Part shown: one piece after another, positions 7,623 to 12,400 of the stretch
How the letters are laid out: every line of letters starts with the position of its first letter
How positions within the stretch are numbered: position 1 is the stretch's first letter
From: Limisphaerales bacterium
GTDB taxonomy: Bacteria > Verrucomicrobiota > Verrucomicrobiia > Limisphaerales > JAJOIW01
Direction of reading: 5' to 3'
DNA: 12,400 bases
Assembly: GCA_965657355.1 (NCBI GenBank)
Contig: CBFHOE010000008.1
Span: 1 to 12,400, forward strand
Made by a program: the position numbers and the translations under genes
The notes under the pieces: model-generated
Told to the model about the DNA's origin: nothing
The model's input: only the letters and a program-made list of their open reading frames with translations
Database searches by the model: none

Positions 7623-8465
7623 CTATGGTCTGTCCTTATTCCCAAGAATGATATCCATTACCAGCCTTATATCTCTGAAGTCCGGAATAAATACATCTGC
7701 ATGGACTTGCTCCAAGCGATTTTTTTTCCAGAGGTCAAATTGCCCACTCCCATTTTTTGCTTCATCTGATGCGACAGCTACTGCAAGACCTCCAACTTCT
7801 TTTGTGTTTTCTATCTCTACGTAGCCATCTCCAAAACTTAATAACTTAGATCCGTCTATATCATTCTCTTTAAGTATTCTATTGATGACCATCTTTTTAG
7901 AAAATGACTTATAGTCATCTTGTGCTCCGTAGATGCAGTTGCCGAAATACTTATCTATCCCAAGCATCTGTGCTTCAGATTTAACAAATTGTTCATCGGT
8001 CCCACTGGCAAGGTATATGTTCATCCCAAGGTCCTTTAGGAGTTCGAGCAGCTCTACTGAATTATAAACTAAGAAATCATCGGCTTTGGAAGCTCCAGAC
8101 AGGAGAGCTTCGTGGCGTGATTTAATTTTTTGATCCAACCGTCTTAAATATTCGTGTTTGTATTCAAGGGGGGTTTTTGGTGATCCTCCGCGCTCTTTCA
8201 CCCTATCGGTAAATTGGATCATCTGGTAAATGGTCTGTTTTCCAGTGAGTTTCATCATGTCATCCAGTAGCATTTCTCTGTCTTCTTGGCTAGAGCTGCG
8301 CGAAGATGTGGGCAAATATTCCTGAAACATTGGCAGCATGACATCCGGCCAACCCTCACGGACTAAGGATAGTGTCCCATCAAAATCAAAGACAACGTGG
8401 CTAATACCTGGCCTTGCGGAAAACCTATCTGAAAATTCAACCAGTCCGGCAAATTCAGTATTCAT
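7623..8465 (-). CDS. HAD-superfamily phosphatase with a cap inserted after motif I
   Basis: Motif I VVFDFDGTLS (D27, D29), a helical insert, motif II LASGT, motif III Lys candidate in SFSKK, and motif IV FGDGYVE. Confidence 0.9.
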   Translation of the reverse strand: MNTEFAGLVEFSDRFSARPGISHVVFDFDGTLSLVREGWPDVMLPMFQEYLPTSSRSSSQEDREMLLDDMMKLTGKQTIYQMIQFTDRVKERGGSPKTPLEYKHEYLRRLDQKIKSRHEALLSGASKADDFLVYNSVELLELLKDLGMNIYLASGTDEQFVKSEAQMLGIDKYFGNCIYGAQDDYKSFSKKMVINRILKENDIDGSKLLSFGDGYVEIENTKEVGGLAVAVASDEAKNGSGQFDLWKKNRLEQVHADVFIPDFRDIRLVMDIILGNKDRP

Positions 8466-8489
8466 AAAATATTTTACAACTTTTTAATA

Positions 8490-9815
8490 TTAGTGAGCCG
8501 GTTTCATTTTTTGAATGCCATTAATAATTTTATTCCAGGCATCCTCTGTCCTTGAGCCTCCGAAGACCCGAACTAAATGCCCAGACCCGTCATAGATCGC
8601 ATGTGCAGGAAGATTCCCTCCTTCATATCGCGGTGCCAGTTTGTTATCGAAGTCCCATATCACGTCTAATTCCACTTTTGTTTTCTCGAGCATATTCTCA
8701 ATCTTTTGCCGGTTTTGAGGTGTGTTCCCAGAGGTATCATCTATAATATTTCCGTCGTCGTCCTTAATTCCATGAATTGACGGAACACCATCTAAAGAAA
8801 CTGTTAAAATCTTTAAACTATCACTATTTTCTTTTTGGATCTTGTCTAATATTGGGAGTTCATCCTCACAGGGTGTGCACCAACTAGCCCAAAAGCTTAA
8901 TACAAGTAGTTTTCCTGAGTAATCCTGGAGTTGGATACTTTTTCCTTTCATTGTTTTCCCCGCGACTTTCATATAATCATGAGAGAGGTGACTGTTTTTT
9001 CTCTCTAAAGTCTTGATGCCGTTGAAGGCTTCTAGATATTCATTGCTGTTTTCTTTCATATACGAATCCCATTGTGAAATTTTCTCTTTAATCCCTGGTG
9101 CTTTTCGAACATCTCCCTTATCCGGTAAATCTTTTAGTAAAATTCCGTAATCCTCACCGGTAACAAGCCTCAAGTAACCTGCAGCCTGACTTAAAAGTTC
9201 AGGGTTAGGTGTATCTAATAATTCTATAACTTTAGTTGATAAAGATTTCCGGTTTTCTAGTCCTCTAGCATATCTAATTCCCATCGTATTGACCACAGGG
9301 TCAAAGTCTTCAAGCTGAACCAAACAGGCGGGTATGAAATATTCTTCCTCAAATTTAAGTAAGGCATCTTTTTTGGAATTTTGTTCACTTCCTTTTGAAT
9401 ATCGATAATCGTCTCTTAATGAAGAATGGATTCGCGCAGTGGCACTTAATATTAATTCTCGTAATTGAATGTCAGCATCATTAATCCCTTCCTTAAGGCA
9501 TTGATCTAATAATAGCTTTCTAAATTCTATTTTTTCTTCGTTGTTGGCCTGGTTTCTTAGGCGAGTCACAACAAATCGGCGCTGTGGAATTTTTCCTGAG
9601 GGCCACAGCTCGGCAAGATACTTTATCGGGTCTGTCGACTCGATTAATTCCTGTTCTGCATCAAATGCATTGAATTCAAATGTATTATTTTGGGTTGGTA
9701 TAAAAAGGTCGAGTGCTATTTTCCCGAGCAGTATGACAACAAGGATTTTTATTAAGCTGCTAATGTTGCGGCTACTCTTTTTTGGGGCTAATTCGGAAGC
9801 ATTATGCTCAGACAT
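8490..9815 (-). CDS. Membrane-anchored TlpA/ResA-like thiol-disulfide oxidoreductase with a large N-terminal helical (HEAT-like) region
   Basis: N-terminal hydrophobic segment LIKILVVILLGKIAL. The C-terminal domain has GKSIQLQDYSGKLLVLSFWASWCTPCEDELP (CxxC at C313/C316), TVSLD, and the cis-Pro loop NLPAHAIYDGSG. Confidence 0.85.
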   Translation of the reverse strand: MSEHNASELAPKKSSRNISSLIKILVVILLGKIALDLFIPTQNNTFEFNAFDAEQELIESTDPIKYLAELWPSGKIPQRRFVVTRLRNQANNEEKIEFRKLLLDQCLKEGINDADIQLRELILSATARIHSSLRDDYRYSKGSEQNSKKDALLKFEEEYFIPACLVQLEDFDPVVNTMGIRYARGLENRKSLSTKVIELLDTPNPELLSQAAGYLRLVTGEDYGILLKDLPDKGDVRKAPGIKEKISQWDSYMKENSNEYLEAFNGIKTLERKNSHLSHDYMKVAGKTMKGKSIQLQDYSGKLLVLSFWASWCTPCEDELPILDKIQKENSDSLKILTVSLDGVPSIHGIKDDDGNIIDDTSGNTPQNRQKIENMLEKTKVELDVIWDFDNKLAPRYEGGNLPAHAIYDGSGHLVRVFGGSRTEDAWNKIINGIQKMKPAH

Positions 9816-9838
9816 GATGTATTAATATGTGAGACCTG

Positions 9839-9867
9839 ATCATACCTTTTGTCATTATCTGCTTCAA
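9839..9867 (-). promoter_or_regulatory. Sigma70-type promoter candidate for the tlpA-like/HAD/DHS-like/PfkB cluster
   Basis: The - strand reads TTGAAG (9867-9862), a 17-nt spacer, then TATGAT (9844-9839), ending 23 nt before the ATG at 9815. Confidence 0.55.
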
Positions 9868-9910
9868 GTAACATCCCAATTATTAGGATATTTATCACTG
9901 TTCAAGAATC

Positions 9911-9919
9911 TGCTATATT
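9911..9919 (+). promoter_or_regulatory. Extended -10 promoter candidate (TGcTATATT) for the PNPOx-like gene, possibly giving a leaderless mRNA
   Basis: TG-c-TATATT ends 6 nt before the ATG at 9926, and there is no Shine-Dalgarno sequence in between (aacttt). Confidence 0.4.
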
Positions 9920-9925
9920 AACTTT

Positions 9926-10375
9926 ATGCCGAAGCCAACACCAGATCCCGTAGATCCAACCAAAGTCAAGGACCTTGCGCTGAAACTCGTTTCTGAGGTT
10001 AAATTTCCTTTATTGGCGACTGTAGATTCCACAAACCATCCAAGGTTGAGACCGGTTTCTCCGGTTCTCACTGAGGGCTTTGTCGTTTACGTCGCCAATT
10101 TGAGACAGTATTCCAAGACCAAAGAAATTGAAGGAAATCCTAAGGTTGAACTTTGTTACACCAATACGAGCCATGACCAGGTGAGAATTAGCGGGCTGGC
10201 TGAGATACTGGAAGACCAGGAAAAACTTCAGGTAATCTGGGATTCAAATCCATTGCTTAGACAATTTATGGGATCTTTAAATAATCCGGCGCTCATCATA
10301 TACCGAGTCAAACCTACTTGCGTAAAATACATGAAGGAATGGGCACTGGAATATTTTGATGTCCGTATTGAATGA
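9926..10375 (+). CDS. Pyridoxamine 5'-phosphate oxidase-like FMN-binding split-barrel protein (general stress protein 26-like)
   Basis: 149 aa with LATVDSTNHPRLRPV, SKTKEIEGNPKVELCY and QVRISGLAEI, the typical PNPOx-like split-barrel pattern. Confidence 0.88.
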   Translation: MPKPTPDPVDPTKVKDLALKLVSEVKFPLLATVDSTNHPRLRPVSPVLTEGFVVYVANLRQYSKTKEIEGNPKVELCYTNTSHDQVRISGLAEILEDQEKLQVIWDSNPLLRQFMGSLNNPALIIYRVKPTCVKYMKEWALEYFDVRIE

Positions 10376-10752
10376 GAACCGGTGAAAGTTATTTTGTAAC
10401 CTCAAATTGACTGCGAGGTCTCTAGCGTCTTTATTTTTGAAAAAGGTCGAATGTAGACTAAAACCAAATTAGTTATGCTCACAATGTATCCATCAAACTC
10501 TTTAAATAAAATACATCCAGTGAGAAGTGCATTGGAAGCTAATCCCTCATTTGACTAGATTTTAACGATATTCCAAATACCAAAGGAATCCTCTCTTCCG
10601 GTAACCCCATTGTATTATAATTGAGAAAGGTTAAAGTATTCAAAATCATAAGGCTTAGCAATGTGAAACAAGATCATTTCCCTTTCCTGCGATGCCTAGT
10701 ATCAATTAGGCGTATCTATTGCCCGAGCTGGTAGGTATTCTGTATTTATAAA

Positions 10753-11877
10753 TTAAGGACAGTATTCCTCCCTAAACTCCGGAACAGGTTTGCCTGGTTT
10801 GAATGCTTCCAAGTGGTTAATATTTAATTCAAGGTTATCAGTGTTATGTGACTTGAGGCTCTGTCTTACAATTTCCTCTAAAACATCTGGGGAATCTTCT
10901 ACCCTCAAGTTTATTACTAATTCCCCTGACTGGATAGGCTCTTCAATTTTTTGTGAAAGATTCGGATCTATGTCATTCCTCACGGTATTGACTATGGCAA
11001 CATCATGAAACCCCTCATGTGGTGAAAGCGTCATTTTCAAATGGGCGATTTCCCCGCTTCGCGATTTGATCAAATCCTGAATACTTGAGGACAAATTAAT
11101 TAAAAGTTCATTAGCATCAAAATTTTTTTCAGATTCAATATCAACCGTGGCATTAAGCCAGCCTAACAGTGCTTCTCCTTCTGCATAAATTTTGTAGTCG
11201 ATATCCATCGCCGGGGTGTTGACCAATGGCGCATTGATTACCCATTCCATCCACTTTTCAAAATCTGTGCCACCTAGCTTGGCTGAAAAAGTGAATAACT
11301 CCGCACTAGGGTAACGGAGGCTCAATTCATGCTTCAGTTTATTGAGTTCCTCGCCACTCACTGAATCCGATTTATTTATGACAATGGCATGTGCTTCTTG
11401 GAGTTGCTTTTTATAAATATACTCTACCTTAGGGGAAAATTTTCTTCCTTCCATTAATCCAAAAACCCTTGATGCCCGAATGGGATCCACGAGCACCGTA
11501 AACGGGGTTAAGTGATAATGCTCTCCATACATTCTTCTCAAAGGGTAGGTCACTGTGGCCACTAAGTCTGTGCAGCTGCCTACTGGTTCGGCTAAAAATA
11601 CATCCGGTTGGTCGCTTTTCGTAAGATTGTCAGCGGCCTGAGTTAGTGATGAAAATCTGCAGCAAAAACACCCCCCAGCTATTTCTTCGGTAGCGAAACC
11701 TTTCGATTTCAACATGGCTGTGTCCACTAAACCATTAGCCTGGTCATTGGTAATTAACCCAACTCTATTACCTTGCCCCGCGAGGTATTCTCCTAACTTA
11801 GCTATGGTGGTGGTCTTTCCAGCTCCTAAAAACCCCCCAATCATAACATATTTTGGTTTAAATGATGTGTTTTTCAT
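10753..11877 (-). CDS. COG0523/CobW-like G3E P-loop GTPase (metallochaperone)
   Basis: Walker A GGFLGAGKTT, ITNDQ, metal motif GGCFCC (CxCC), Walker B-like AEPVGS, G4 NKSD, G5-like SAK, and a C-terminal domain containing GEIAHLK. Confidence 0.92.
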   Translation of the reverse strand: MKNTSFKPKYVMIGGFLGAGKTTTIAKLGEYLAGQGNRVGLITNDQANGLVDTAMLKSKGFATEEIAGGCFCCRFSSLTQAADNLTKSDQPDVFLAEPVGSCTDLVATVTYPLRRMYGEHYHLTPFTVLVDPIRASRVFGLMEGRKFSPKVEYIYKKQLQEAHAIVINKSDSVSGEELNKLKHELSLRYPSAELFTFSAKLGGTDFEKWMEWVINAPLVNTPAMDIDYKIYAEGEALLGWLNATVDIESEKNFDANELLINLSSSIQDLIKSRSGEIAHLKMTLSPHEGFHDVAIVNTVRNDIDPNLSQKIEEPIQSGELVINLRVEDSPDVLEEIVRQSLKSHNTDNLELNINHLEAFKPGKPVPEFREEYCP

Positions 11878-11882
11878 GAAAT

Positions 11883-12365
11883 TTATGAATCCTCTTTCTC
11901 ATCTGCTTTTCTTTGTTCCTCAAGTATTTTCTCAATAGTGGTATCAAGAACTTTGGTGTAATCATCTAAATGCATGCAACGGGAGTCGGGTTTTCCACTA
12001 AACTCAAATAACCATCCCTGGGTGTAATTTTTCTTCCATCCATCCTCCAGATCATTTTCTAAATCAGGATTTAAACGAATAAAATTTCCTGTGCCTACGC
12101 AATAGATGTCGGTGATGGCCTTGAATCCCTCGATCCAGCCAATGATCTGCCCGGCCTCTATCACATCACCTGGCTTTGATTCGAAACCAAAATCAACCAA
12201 GTTTCCGAGCATTCTTGTGGAGAACTTTGTAACTCCTACTTGATATCTTCCTTTTTTAACTTCGTTTAGCCAATAGTGCGTTGGACTGTAAAGGTAGCTC
12301 TCAGGTAGGTGGGTAACGAATGTTGATTTTTTATAAAATCTAGTTTTGAAATCCGCCTTTTCCAT
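11883..12365 (-). CDS. Glycine cleavage H-protein-like lipoyl carrier (divergent paralogue)
   Basis: YLYSPTHYWL, VGVTKFSTRMLG, lipoyl-Lys site IEGFKAITDIY (K82; canonical ESVKAxSDIY), LNPDL and YTQGWLF. In-frame stops upstream support the ATG at 12365. Confidence 0.85.
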   Translation of the reverse strand: MEKADFKTRFYKKSTFVTHLPESYLYSPTHYWLNEVKKGRYQVGVTKFSTRMLGNLVDFGFESKPGDVIEAGQIIGWIEGFKAITDIYCVGTGNFIRLNPDLENDLEDGWKKNYTQGWLFEFSGKPDSRCMHLDDYTKVLDTTIEKILEEQRKADEKEDS

Positions 12366-12400
12366 ATTATTTTCGAGCTGTTATTAAATGAAATTTTCTG

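Noticed and set aside
5450..8465. Assigning hldE/rfaE and gmhB symbols
   Set aside because: The kinase lacks the adenylyltransferase domain and is divergent, and the HAD lacks GmhB's DRDG and Zn-site motifs, so orthology is not supportable.
6460..9825. Short + strand ORFs 6460-6699, 7352-7555, 8552-8746 and 9541-9825
   Set aside because: They are antisense to long motif-bearing genes and have no independent support.
10399..10419. ACCTC/GAGGT inverted repeat after the PNPOx-like stop as an intrinsic terminator
   Set aside because: The stem is only 5 bp with an 11-nt loop, and the T-rich tract is about 10 nt away, which is too weak to call.
10475..10558. 27-codon + strand ORF MLTMYPSNSLNKIHPVRSALEANPSFD in the intergenic gap
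   Set aside because: It has no RBS or motif, and its length is expected by chance.
10790..11938. Short + strand ORFs 10790-11008 and 11714-11938
   Set aside because: They are antisense shadows of the COG0523 and GcvH-like genes.
10753..12365. Assigning cobW and gcvH symbols
   Set aside because: There are no cobalamin or glycine-cleavage genes in context and the motifs diverge, so only family-level calls are justified.
12366..12400. 3' end of an upstream - strand gene (stops in two frames shortly before the GcvH-like ATG)
   Set aside because: Only 35 bp are visible, so the frame and identity cannot be determined.
1..12400. CRISPR array, tRNA/rRNA, IS/transposase, integrase, prophage or defence genes
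   Set aside because: I found no periodic repeats, cloverleaf or rRNA signatures, terminal inverted repeats or relevant protein motifs by eye.

Overview
Gene-dense bacterial window of roughly 40% GC (by eye) with 12 credible CDSs and no recognisable RNA genes, CRISPR array, transposase or integrase. The left block (+ strand) holds a 5'-truncated proA, an orphan circularly permuted ATP-grasp-like protein, a MagIII/MpgII-like HhH-GPD DNA glycosylase, a DPM1-like GT2 glycosyltransferase and a secreted formylglycine-type sulfatase. The middle block (- strand, probable operon behind a TTGAAG-17-TATGAT promoter) holds a membrane-anchored TlpA-like thioredoxin, a HAD phosphatase, an uncharacterised deoxyhypusine-synthase-like protein and an HldE/RfaE-like PfkB kinase. 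To the right are a divergent PNPOx-like flavin-binding gene, a 377-bp intergenic gap, and a - strand pair of a divergent GcvH-like lipoyl carrier and a COG0523 metallochaperone GTPase. The gene content suggests a PVC-superphylum (Verrucomicrobia/Planctomycetes-like) source; this is inference only. The best candidates for undescribed systems are the HAD + DHS-like + PfkB sugar-phosphate cassette, the GcvH-like + COG0523 pair, and the ATP-grasp ligase after proA.
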